IMG/VR virus record: IMGVR_UViG_3300025018_001404
Location: 1 to 64,000 of that record
From: a virus
Direction: 5' to 3' (one strand)
DNA: 64,000 nt
Numbering within the stretch: the first letter of the stretch is position 1; each line of letters begins with the position of its first letter. Shown here one piece after another: positions 17,725 to 26,189 of the stretch. The notes beneath the pieces are model-generated. The model worked only from the letters and a program-made list of their open reading frames with translations. It searched no databases and was not told the origin of the DNA. A program made the position numbers and the translations under genes.

Positions 17725-17915
17725 CTCAGACCACAGCATCCGTGTAGTAGGCAGATCACCCCTAACGGGGACGCGCATAAGCCGAAACGGCAAAAGGTCT
17801 AGAGACGGAGGGGTCGGCGGGACTGCAAGTCGGCACCTTCACCTGAATACGAGAAGGGTACCAAGTGAAAAGGGATCACAGTGAGTGTGGTCGGCGCTTG
17901 GTACCCTTCTTCCTT
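17725..17915 (+). ncRNA. Candidate structured ncRNA or tRNA-operon leader
   Basis: Hairpins GCCG-AAA-CGGC and GAC-TGCAA-GTC; long stem GAAGGGTACCAAG/CTTGGTACCCTTC; GACCACA/TGTGGTC complementarity; no credible ORF. Confidence 0.4.
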
Positions 17916-17918
17916 CGT

Positions 17919-17995
17919 CAGCGAGTAGGGCAGTCTGGTAGCCCGTCAGGCTCATAATCTGAAGGTCGTTGGTTCAAATCCAACCTCGCTCACCA
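17919..17995 (+). tRNA. tRNA-Met(CAT), initiator-like
   Basis: Full cloverleaf with 1:72 mismatch, CTCATAA loop, GGTTCAAATCC T-arm and encoded CCA. Confidence 0.92.
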
Positions 17996-18004
17996 AGGAA
18001 GAAT

Positions 18005-18132
18005 GCCCACTTAGCCCAACGGTAGAGGCAGCGGTGTTAAGCTCCGTCAAGTGTCCGTTCGAATCGGACAGTGGTAGAGCAGTCGCCTTGTAAGCGTCAG
18101 GTCGCAGGTTCAAGTCCTTGCATTCGGCACCA
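18005..18132 (+). pseudogene. Fused tRNA-Leu(TAA)-like / tRNA-Thr(TGT) remnant
   Basis: The first tRNA lacks its 3' end. The second (CTTGTAA loop, ...ATTCGGCACCA) lacks its 5' end. They join at a shared CAGTGG. Confidence 0.7.
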
Positions 18133-18208
18133 GATCGATTAGGTTCTGAAAGCCTCTTTCGGAGAAATCAGAGGCTCACTGTGCATCAGCCTGGAAACGC
18201 CAGTATCC

Positions 18209-18664
18209 TTATCGGGTGCTGGCGTTTTCTCTTGCCCAGCGGACATCATCGATCCCAACCCTGGCCCTGTCACGCACTGCGTTAAAGGAAGGCCCGGAGT
18301 ACATCTGGAGCACCCTCCGGTAGACTTGGTCAGCCAGTTCTGGACAGTGCGCCACCATGGCGTCAGCCAACCTCAAGGTAAGGTCGGAGTGCCACATCCC
18401 GTACTGCTCCGCGACATTATGCGTTTGCGGACCCAGGTTTATCCGAGACCACCAGTAATTCAGCGGGTCTTCCAGCGAATCGATTCGGGTGCCTAGCGTA
18501 TGAAGCGTCGGGTCCTGACAGGTTGTTGACCTTGCCTGCCAGTGCTGGATGTCTGTCACTGTCTGCTCGTAAACGGCGTGGTCCACCTCTATAGCGGCAA
18601 ACCTTCCGTCCGTGTCCCTGGGCGTAAACAGCAGGCCTAGAATAAGACTGGCTGCTCCGATCAT
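18209..18664 (-). CDS. Moron-like hypothetical protein with a hydrophobic N-terminus
   Basis: Only counter-oriented gene in the virion block; RBS GAGG; promoter-like TTGTCA-17bp-TAAAGT upstream. Confidence 0.65.
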   Translation of the reverse strand: MIGAASLILGLLFTPRDTDGRFAAIEVDHAVYEQTVTDIQHWQARSTTCQDPTLHTLGTRIDSLEDPLNYWWSRINLGPQTHNVAEQYGMWHSDLTLRLADAMVAHCPELADQVYRRVLQMYSGPSFNAVRDRARVGIDDVRWARENASTR

Positions 18665-18780
18665 GGTAAACCTCGCTTTCCCTTAATCGTCATTTTGTAA
18701 ACTAACCTGGCCGAGTACTTTACACTAATCCCGTACCCTTGACAAAATCTTTATGAATTCACTACTATACGCAAATAACG

Positions 18781-18884
18781 GCGTAGTGATTCGCATAGGC
18801 GTGATGCCAAACGAATAATTACGAGGATGAAAGACCCTCTCTGGGTGATCCAGGCGGGCCGAAATGAAGGCGACGAGATGTCGC
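18781..18884 (+). promoter_or_regulatory. Four-hairpin G(T/A)GAT-loop element in the MCP leader
   Basis: GCGtA-GTGAT-TCGC, GGC-GTGAT-GCC, CTGG-GTGAT-CCAG and GCGAC-GAGAT-GTCGC. Confidence 0.7.
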
Positions 18885-18939
18885 GCCTCTTGCCGGTTCT
18901 TCTGTGTTTTGACCCAAATCCTTTTGAGAGGGTATTACA

Positions 18940-19860
18940 ATGGCTTCTGTTACTCTTGCTGAATCGGCCAAGTTGTCCCAGGATGACCTGGTTGCTGGCG
19001 TCATCGAGAACGTCATCACCGTCAATCCTTTTTTCGATATTCTGCCGTTCGATGGTATCGAGGGTAATGCCCTTGCTTACGACCGTGAGAACGTGCTGGG
19101 CGACGTGGACGTTGAAGGCGTAGGCGACACCATCGGTGCGACTGCTGCGGCGACCTTCACCCAGGTTACGTCGAGCCTGACCACGATCATCGGTACTGCC
19201 GAAGTGAACGGCCTGATCCAGGCGACTCGCTCGGACATCAACAACCAGACTGCGATCCAGGTTGCTTCGAAGGCGAAGTCGGCTGGCCGCAAGTACCAGG
19301 ACATGCTGATCAACGGTACGGGTGCTTCGAACCAGTTCAATGGCATGATCAATCTGTGCGTTGCCGGTCAGACTGTTGCGACCGCGACCAATGGTGAGAA
19401 TCTGTCGTTCGCTCGCATGGACGAAGTTTCCGATACGGTCACCGACAAGGATGGCCAGGTCGATTACTGGACCATGCACGCCCGTACCATCCGTTCGTTC
19501 AAGGCGCTGCTGCGCGCTCTGGGCGGTGCGTCGATTGGTGACGTGGTTCGCCTGCCTTCCGGTGTTGAGGTTCCGGCCTACTCTGGCGTCCCGATCTTCC
19601 GCAATGACTGGATTCCGATCACCCAGACACAGGCGGGTTCCGGCGCGGTCTGCACCACGATCTTCGCGGGTACTCTGGACGACGGTTCGCGCCAGCATGG
19701 TCTGGCTGGTCTGACCGCCGCGATGGACGCCGGTATCAGTGTGAACGATGTTGGTTGGGCCGAGAGCAAGGACGAGCACATCTACCATGTCAAGTGGTAC
19801 TGTGGCCTCGCGCTGTTCTCGGAAAAGGGCATCGCCTGTGCTCCGGGCATCCTGAACTAA
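18940..19860 (+). CDS. Major capsid protein
   Basis: MASVTLAESAKLSQDDLVAGVIE, LPF.GIEGNAL.Y.RE, VKWYCGLALFS; strong codon bias. Confidence 0.93.
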   Translation: MASVTLAESAKLSQDDLVAGVIENVITVNPFFDILPFDGIEGNALAYDRENVLGDVDVEGVGDTIGATAAATFTQVTSSLTTIIGTAEVNGLIQATRSDINNQTAIQVASKAKSAGRKYQDMLINGTGASNQFNGMINLCVAGQTVATATNGENLSFARMDEVSDTVTDKDGQVDYWTMHARTIRSFKALLRALGGASIGDVVRLPSGVEVPAYSGVPIFRNDWIPITQTQAGSGAVCTTIFAGTLDDGSRQHGLAGLTAAMDAGISVNDVGWAESKDEHIYHVKWYCGLALFSEKGIACAPGILN

Positions 19861-19871
19861 TCAGGTCTATG

Positions 19872-19905
19872 AGAGGGGGCTTTAACCGGCCTCCTCTTTC
19901 CTTTT
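19872..19905 (+). terminator. Terminator after the MCP
   Basis: AGAGGGGG...CCTCCTCT followed by a T-rich tail. Confidence 0.6.
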
Positions 19906-19919
19906 CCAGGAGAAACTAG

Positions 19920-20741
19920 ATGCCTGCTTATCGCGTAGAAATCCCCGAGTCGGCCCGCCATATGTCCATCGGTGGTGCGAACGGAGTTATTGTGTTCGCC
20001 GCTGACGCTACGGACGCCAAGGCCGCTGCCAAGGCCATACATCCCAACGATCCTGCGGCGATGTGGACCGCCGCGACCGCTACTGAAATTGTTGAAGATA
20101 CCGACTATGCGGACTTTGACCTGCATATTGTGATCCAGGATTCCGACCCTGTAGTGGACATCGCTGTGCAGAGTGACGGTGCTCTGGGTGTCAGTGCGGC
20201 TGTCGTCTCTGGTGGTGGTACCGGGTATACGGTAAATGATGTGGTCACAGTAACAGGTGGCACAGCTACTCGTGCCGCGACCCTGCGTATTCTGACCGTC
20301 AATACCGGTGTAGCCCTGACTGCGGAAGTAATTGATCCGGGTGTCTACTCCGTCATGCCCTCCAATCCTGTAGCGGTCACAGGCGACGGTAACGATGACG
20401 CTACGTTCACCCTGACTGCGGCTGCCAATAACTTCAGTTCACTCCTGGCGGCTGCTGTGGGTTCGCTGAACGCCGAGTCGATCATTGCCGGTGCTGCTCT
20501 GGACATGGGCGATGGTTCTGCTCCTAAGCTGACCATTGCTGACGGCGCTGGTGGTGACGATCTTGGTGACAAGGTTGTTACCGTCGAAATCCGGCGCGTA
20601 AACGGTGATGACAAGACGGCTATTCCTAGCCTGGTAGGCACTGTCACGGATGAGGGTGCGGCTACCGATGTTCTGTCCGTCACTTTCGATGCTACCCCGA
20701 TTGCTGCCAACCCTATTCGTGCCTACAAGATTGTCGAGTAA
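19920..20741 (+). CDS. Capsid decoration/structural protein
   Basis: Ala/Thr/Gly-rich, GGTGYTVND motif; directly after the MCP. Confidence 0.65.
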   Translation: MPAYRVEIPESARHMSIGGANGVIVFAADATDAKAAAKAIHPNDPAAMWTAATATEIVEDTDYADFDLHIVIQDSDPVVDIAVQSDGALGVSAAVVSGGGTGYTVNDVVTVTGGTATRAATLRILTVNTGVALTAEVIDPGVYSVMPSNPVAVTGDGNDDATFTLTAAANNFSSLLAAAVGSLNAESIIAGAALDMGDGSAPKLTIADGAGGDDLGDKVVTVEIRRVNGDDKTAIPSLVGTVTDEGAATDVLSVTFDATPIAANPIRAYKIVE

Positions 20742-20764
20742 GAAGTAATTTCAGCATTTGAGAT

Positions 20765-20797
20765 AGGGTGAGAGGGCGACTTCTCACCCTTTCCTTT
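20765..20797 (+). terminator. Intrinsic terminator
   Basis: AGGGTGAGAG-GGCGA-CTTCTCACCCT followed by TTCCTTT. Confidence 0.7.
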
Positions 20798-20800
20798 GCC

Positions 20801-20834
20801 GGGGTTACCTAATACAGGTTCCCCGGAGTATGAT
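20801..20834 (+). promoter_or_regulatory. Putative late promoter, copy 3
   Basis: GGGGTTAC-N20-TATGAT. Confidence 0.75.
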
Positions 20835-20866
20835 TACCTCAACAAAATCAAGGATGGTGTCAAGAG

Positions 20867-21520
20867 ATGGCTGCTCCGAAGACTTATAAACTGATTCTTA
20901 CTGGCTGGTACACTGGCAAGAACGCCAAGTTGAACGGCTACGACTTCATCAACGGTGCGTGCACGCTGATTGGTACCTCTGAGGGTATCCAAGGTGCGGT
21001 GACGTATTTCGGCAAGACTTACCAGGCTTTCCTGGAAGGCTCCGATGAACTGGCGGTAGCGCAGGCGCGTGATGCCGCTAACAAGGCAGGAAACAATGGC
21101 AAGCGTGATCTTTCGGAAGGACCCGGAGACGGGGTCGTACAAGGCGAGGTTCAGCCGGATGGGCGAGGGCCTACCGAGACTCCCGCAGAAATCGACTCAG
21201 GAGATGACGACGTTGAGGGAGGGGATACCGTGGATATTCCCGCAGGGGACGGACACGAGGACACCGGGGTACCAGGGCCGCAGGAGAGTGGGCCGCATGG
21301 TGGACAGACGGACACGCTGAGTGGGTCCGACCACAAGTTGCAGCAGGTTATCTATAGTCTCGATGCGGATGAGGATGACCACTGGACCGCGCTAGGCCTG
21401 CCGAAAATGGCCGTGATTGAACTCGCTATGGGTTCTACAGGCTTTACCCGTAAAGACATCGAACGGTGTGCTCCGGGTTACGACCGTGACGCTGCCAGAG
21501 AGATCAAAGACCTTTCATAA
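20867..21520 (+). CDS. Head-associated hypothetical protein
   Basis: Acidic linker and a C-terminal LD....HWT..GLP...TRKDI...PGY.R domain common after capsid genes. Confidence 0.7.
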   Translation: MAAPKTYKLILTGWYTGKNAKLNGYDFINGACTLIGTSEGIQGAVTYFGKTYQAFLEGSDELAVAQARDAANKAGNNGKRDLSEGPGDGVVQGEVQPDGRGPTETPAEIDSGDDDVEGGDTVDIPAGDGHEDTGVPGPQESGPHGGQTDTLSGSDHKLQQVIYSLDADEDDHWTALGLPKMAVIELAMGSTGFTRKDIERCAPGYDRDAAREIKDLS

Positions 21521-21521
21521 C

Positions 21522-21555
21522 GGGGTTACATGAACTCATAGTGTTCGTGTAGTCT
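21522..21555 (+). promoter_or_regulatory. Putative late promoter, copy 4
   Basis: GGGGTTAC-N20-TAGTCT. Confidence 0.7.
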
Positions 21556-21592
21556 ACGATCATTATACCGGCTGCCTATACAGGAGATATTC

Positions 21593-21877
21593 ATGGCTGA
21601 AGCGGTTTGGATGGCCTACAAGACTACGGGTGCTCAGGGTGGTCAGTCGTATATCGATGACATCCTTATGGTGCTTGTCAATGCGGATGACGCCCAGACG
21701 GAGGCTCAGGTGAAGACCACGGCTGATGGTCTACTGGAGACTGCCGGGTATGATCTTCCGAACACGTACTTCGACTCGGCGGTGATTATCAGCGACCTGA
21801 CTGCTGGCCCGCTGAAGGACGCTGGCGATCACTACATCGTCCGTCCGCGCAGCATCGTGAAGGTCGAAGGCGCTTAA
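21593..21877 (+). CDS. Small virion/decoration protein
   Basis: RBS AGGAG; own promoter and downstream hairpin. Confidence 0.6.
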   Translation: MAEAVWMAYKTTGAQGGQSYIDDILMVLVNADDAQTEAQVKTTADGLLETAGYDLPNTYFDSAVIISDLTAGPLKDAGDHYIVRPRSIVKVEGA

Positions 21878-21952
21878 TAGCGTCCTCTGAGGGTGGCCGA
21901 GAGGGGCGGGGCTGAGACATGCCTTCGCCCCTCATTTCTTTGAGGTGATGTC

Positions 21953-22564
21953 GTGACTCTTATTGTAGAAGATGGAACGGGGCTGACGACGGCGAACGGG
22001 TACATCGCCGCGTCGTATTTCACGACCCACTTCACAGATCGTGGGATCGATGTGTCGGCGTATAATACCGCTGCTGTCGAGGCGGCTATCGTCCGCGCCA
22101 CAGACTATGTGGATAAAAGATTCGGCCCGAAGTTTCGTGGTTTCCGGAAGACCCGTCTACAGGCGCTGGAATGGCCGCGACTCGATGCCTTCGACAACGA
22201 TGACTACCTGTACTATTCGGAAGACGCCGTACCGCGTCCGCTGGAGAAGGCTGTCGCTGAGTACGCCCTTCTTGCGGCGCAGTTGACCAATCTTCTCCCG
22301 ACCCCCGCCCGCCCATTCCCGGTCCTTGACCCCGTGACCGGGACAGTGACTTCCTCCGCGTCTGGTGCCCTGGACTTCGAGTCCAAGAAGGTTGGGCCTA
22401 TCGAGGTCAAGAAGTCCTACGTGGACATGTCCCAGATATCCAACACCTACAAACCGCAGGGGTCATCCGTCACGTCGTCGTTCAACCTGCCAGAGTATCC
22501 AGTAGCGGATGAGTGGATTCGTGAACTGATCAGAACCGGCTCCACCAAGCTTGCGAGGGCCTAG
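21953..22564 (+). CDS. Head-tail adaptor
   Basis: LIVEDGTGL..AN.Y, AIVRATDY.D, QALEWPR, KKVGPIEV. Confidence 0.85.
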   Translation: MTLIVEDGTGLTTANGYIAASYFTTHFTDRGIDVSAYNTAAVEAAIVRATDYVDKRFGPKFRGFRKTRLQALEWPRLDAFDNDDYLYYSEDAVPRPLEKAVAEYALLAAQLTNLLPTPARPFPVLDPVTGTVTSSASGALDFESKKVGPIEVKKSYVDMSQISNTYKPQGSSVTSSFNLPEYPVADEWIRELIRTGSTKLARA

Positions 22565-22950
22565 TGGCGTTCGACTATACCGATCTTGCGGCCACGGCAA
22601 AGGAACTGATCGAGGACTTCGGCAGGACGATCACGATTCGCAAACTGGATACTGCTCCCACGGATGTGACGAAACCTTGGCGTGGACAGGGGACTGCGCA
22701 CACTTCCATCACGCCTATCGGTGTCGTCCTGGATTATGACGCTAAAGACATTGATGGTGAGATCATCCGGGCGCGGGATAAAAGGGCCTATATCGCCGCA
22801 ACTTCTGCGGTGGTTAGCGGGAATGACTTGTCTACATTCGATGAAGTCGTAGACGATTCGATCACTTACCGAATCATCAAGGCAGAGCGCCTGAAACCAG
22901 GCAGCACTGATCTTCTGTACACACTGCAACTTCGAACGATGGGGACCTGA
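22564..22950 (+). CDS. Head closure protein
   Basis: YTDLAATAKELI..FG, IDG..I...DK, P...LLY.LQLR. Confidence 0.8.
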   Translation: MAFDYTDLAATAKELIEDFGRTITIRKLDTAPTDVTKPWRGQGTAHTSITPIGVVLDYDAKDIDGEIIRARDKRAYIAATSAVVSGNDLSTFDEVVDDSITYRIIKAERLKPGSTDLLYTLQLRTMGT

Positions 22951-22951
22951 T

Positions 22952-23383
22952 ATGCCCATCACTTCTACCACTGAAGCGCGTGATGCAATCCTCACATTGT
23001 TCAAGACAGGTTGGGATGCCCAGGGAGGCTCTGTGCCTGTCGTTGTATACGATGATGACCCCGTGCCCGATCCCAATCTGTCATCCGAATGGATCAGGGT
23101 AATGGTCCAGCACATGGACGGTGAGCAGGCGACCATGGGGAGTGTCGGGAATCGCAAGTTCTCGCGCTACGGCCAGGTATTCATGGCTATTCATACGAAG
23201 GTTGGAACAGGCCGAGTCCGTGCCGATGTTCTTGCTGAGGTAGCTAACAATATTTTCGAAGGTGCGGCCACTGGACTTGATGATGTTTGGTTCAGGAATG
23301 TCCGTATTCGTGAAGGCGGTAAGGACGGTATTTACGCCATCACCAATGTGATCGCAGACTTCGAATACGACAGACACCGATAG
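22952..23383 (+). CDS. Tail terminator protein
   Basis: WIRV.V.H..G.Q.TMG..G.R.F.R.G, F.YD; position in the neck module. Confidence 0.75.
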   Translation: MPITSTTEARDAILTLFKTGWDAQGGSVPVVVYDDDPVPDPNLSSEWIRVMVQHMDGEQATMGSVGNRKFSRYGQVFMAIHTKVGTGRVRADVLAEVANNIFEGAATGLDDVWFRNVRIREGGKDGIYAITNVIADFEYDRHR

Positions 23384-23390
23384 TCCCACG

Positions 23391-23424
23391 GGGGTTACGA
23401 AGTCTGGTTTTAATATTGTAAAGT
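23391..23424 (+). promoter_or_regulatory. Putative late promoter, copy 5
   Basis: GGGGTTAC-N20-TAAAGT. Confidence 0.7.
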
Positions 23425-23457
23425 ATTTTATCCGCTAGATACGAGGAAGTTATTTCC

Positions 23458-25389
23458 ATGGCTGCTGTTCTTAAAATTGATTCGAACGTAACTGGTGGGC
23501 GATACGCCGAGGAGACCTCTATTGGTACTCTTCCTGGTTCGCCCGTTTGGTATCCGATTGAGCCTAACAGCTATGACAACTTCGGTGGCAGCTATAGCAC
23601 TGTAGCGCGAAACCCTATCAATCAGTCACGCCAGAATCAGAAGGGCGTTCTGGTTGATCTTGATTCGAGCGGCGGCTTCAACACCGATGTGACCCACACC
23701 AACCTGCTTCGTCTTTTGCAGGGCTTCTTCTTCGCGGATATTCGTGAGCCTTTCGACACTTCTTCCTACGCTGCTACGGCTCTTACCGATGTCGCCGTGG
23801 ATGGTACTGCCAATGACTACACGGCAGCGGCGCTGGGTATCTCCAGTAATGTGTTCGCCGGTTCTCTGCTGTATGCTTCGGGCGCTTCGACTGCCGCGAA
23901 CAATGGCCTGAAGGTGGTTGATGGCACGACTGCGGATACTGCGATCAGTGTGACTGACACTGGCCTGGTGACCGAAGCTGCTAATGGTGCTCTCCGTATC
24001 CAGGTTGTTGGGTTCCAGTTTGAGACTGCGGACCTGACAGTCAATGCGACTGTGTCTGACCTTCCGGCGCTTGAGCAGGTGCTTGCAGCGGCTACCAGCG
24101 ACCTGACAATGTCTGTTGGCGCGGCTGCTGACGGTGAGACGGTTACTATTGGAAGCCGTGTTTATACGTTCAAGGACCCCTTTGTTGACGCTGCGAACAA
24201 TGTCTACTCCGGTGCAGACCAGTCGGCGTCAGCTACCAACCTTATCGCCGCGATCAATGGGGCCGCAGGCGCTGGCACTCTGTACGGTACCGGCACTGTA
24301 GCCCATGCCGACGTAAGCGCGGCTACGGGCGGTGCTGGTGTTGTGACCGCGACAGCACGTGTCGGTGGTGATCCTGGCAACCTGATTGCTATCGCCGAGA
24401 CCATGTCAAACGGCGTGTGGTCTCCGACTGGCTTCCTTGCCGGTGGCGGGGGTGGTACGTCCTTCATCTCCATGGGTTTGATCCCCGGTCAGTTCATTTA
24501 CATCGGCGGTGATACGGCAGCCACTCTGTTCGCTACCGCCGCGAACAATGGTTGGGCGCGTGTTCATGCCGTGGCGCATGATGTCCTTACTCTGGACAAG
24601 ACCACTGGTACTATGGTTGACGACACCGGTACCGGCAAGACCATCCAGATTTTCTTCGGAAAGGTGCTGAAGAATGAGTCTGATTCAGACCTGATCGTTC
24701 GCCGTACCTATAACTTCGAGCGTACCCTTGGTGCCCCGGATAGCGCCCTTCCGACTGAAGTGCAGGCCGAGTATCTGACGGGTGCGGTGGCCAATGAACT
24801 GACTCTGAATTTCAGCCAGGCTGACAAGATCACGGCTGATATCTCGTTCATGGCGACTGACTATGAGACCCGTACCGGTGCTGTCGGTGTGAAGTCTGGT
24901 ACTCGTCCCGCCATCGTCTCCGAGGATGCGTACAACACTTCGAACGACTTTGCGCGCCTCAAGATGACGCTGCTGAACCCGACCGACTCGAACCCGTCCG
25001 CGCTGTTCGCCTACGTGACCGACTTCTCGATTGGCATCAACAACAATGCCTCTCCGAACAAGGCCATCTCGGTTCTCGGTGCGTTCGATGTCAGCGTTGG
25101 TAACTTCGTGGTTGAAGGTAACACCGAAGCGTATTTCTCGACCGTAGAAGCCACGGCTGCGATCCGCAACAACAGCGACGTGACCATGGATTGGGTCCTG
25201 GTAAAGGCCAACAAGGGTATGTTCTTCGACGTGCCTCTGATCACTCTCGGTGAAGGTCGTCTGAACGTCGAGCAGGATAACCCGATCAAACTGCCGCTGT
25301 CCCTGATGGCTGCCGCCGATCTGACCTTTGACCACACAATGATGTGTGGATCGTATAGCTACCTACCAGATGTAGCAGACCCGTCGTAA
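23458..25389 (+). CDS. Major tail tube protein with inserted accessory domains
   Basis: KIDSNVTG.RYAEE, EPNSY.NFGG...VARNPIN.SRQ..KG, RRTYNFERTLG, NVEQDNPIKLP. Confidence 0.88.
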   Translation: MAAVLKIDSNVTGGRYAEETSIGTLPGSPVWYPIEPNSYDNFGGSYSTVARNPINQSRQNQKGVLVDLDSSGGFNTDVTHTNLLRLLQGFFFADIREPFDTSSYAATALTDVAVDGTANDYTAAALGISSNVFAGSLLYASGASTAANNGLKVVDGTTADTAISVTDTGLVTEAANGALRIQVVGFQFETADLTVNATVSDLPALEQVLAAATSDLTMSVGAAADGETVTIGSRVYTFKDPFVDAANNVYSGADQSASATNLIAAINGAAGAGTLYGTGTVAHADVSAATGGAGVVTATARVGGDPGNLIAIAETMSNGVWSPTGFLAGGGGGTSFISMGLIPGQFIYIGGDTAATLFATAANNGWARVHAVAHDVLTLDKTTGTMVDDTGTGKTIQIFFGKVLKNESDSDLIVRRTYNFERTLGAPDSALPTEVQAEYLTGAVANELTLNFSQADKITADISFMATDYETRTGAVGVKSGTRPAIVSEDAYNTSNDFARLKMTLLNPTDSNPSALFAYVTDFSIGINNNASPNKAISVLGAFDVSVGNFVVEGNTEAYFSTVEATAAIRNNSDVTMDWVLVKANKGMFFDVPLITLGEGRLNVEQDNPIKLPLSLMAAADLTFDHTMMCGSYSYLPDVADPS

Positions 25390-25673
25390 GACTATATAAG
25401 AAGGAGAAAGACAATGCATTATCGCGATGGTCGCGAGGCCAAAAACGGTGACAAAATTGTGAAGTTGGAGGGCGGAAAGATCGTTGCTTTTGGCGTGCTC
25501 CACAGCGCAACACCGGGTAATGACTACTGCAACGGAAACATTGCAGTCATTCAAACGCAGAACGACTACGCATGCATGGTAGACTGTCTGCATATTGATA
25601 CCGTAGAAGATATGCTTGCCTCCACCCATCTCGATACTCGTCCGGTGGGTAGGTAGCAGACCCGTCGTAAGAC
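25372..25673 (+). mobile_element. Single-gene insertion flanked by 21-bp direct repeats
   Basis: GTAGCAGACCCGTCGTAAGAC at 25372-25392 and 25653-25673. Confidence 0.75.
25414..25656 (+). CDS. Hypothetical 80-aa protein (MHYRDGREAKNGD...)
   Basis: RBS AAGGAG; lies between the direct repeats. Confidence 0.75.
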   Translation: MHYRDGREAKNGDKIVKLEGGKIVAFGVLHSATPGNDYCNGNIAVIQTQNDYACMVDCLHIDTVEDMLASTHLDTRPVGR

Positions 25674-25733
25674 GATTTGATTTGCAAGAATTAGCGAGGG
25701 GCGTAAAGCCCCCGCATTTTACCGGAGACTAAG

Positions 25734-26189
25734 ATGACGAAGACTGTTTCTGTCGCTGATGAAGACGGCCTGGACGATTTTGCGGGCCTGTTCAATACCT
25801 ACGAGACTGACCCGGCTGCGGAGAAGGGTGGTATTACTCTCCGCTTCGAAGATATTGACCTTGTGATTGCTCGTGCTGGTGGTGCGAACCGCCGTTACGA
25901 GAAGACCCTTGAGGCAAAGTTTCGTCCCTACCGCCGCCAGATCGATACCGGCACCATCGACCCTGAAGTGATGATGGGTATCCTGCGCGAGGTGTTCGCG
26001 GATACCGTCGTGCTGGGTTGGAAGCGTCCTGATGACCGTTCTGACTTGGCTCCCCTGCCTCCGTACAGCCGTGAGAAGTGCATCGCGCTGTTCAAGCGCC
26101 TGCCTGACCTGTTCAAGGAAGTGCAGGAGCAGTCTGCCCGCATGGCGAATTACCGTGCCGCGCAGTTGAAGGAAGACGCAAAAAACTAG
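25734..26189 (+). CDS. Tail assembly chaperone (gpG-like)
   Basis: YETD...E..G, IARAGGAN..Y, VLGW, LF..LPDLF; ends in a slippery site. Confidence 0.88.
   Translation: MTKTVSVADEDGLDDFAGLFNTYETDPAAEKGGITLRFEDIDLVIARAGGANRRYEKTLEAKFRPYRRQIDTGTIDPEVMMGILREVFADTVVLGWKRPDDRSDLAPLPPYSREKCIALFKRLPDLFKEVQEQSARMANYRAAQLKEDAKN

Noticed and set aside
17919-18132. tRNA as a prophage attachment site
   Set aside because: Flanked by scaffold and capsid genes; no integrase, host genes or duplicated tRNA end in the window.
18751-19788. Long antisense ORFs opposite the MCP (and similar ones at 9517-10509, 28712-29683 and 42059-42874)
   Set aside because: Shadows of codon-biased genes with no recognisable motifs.
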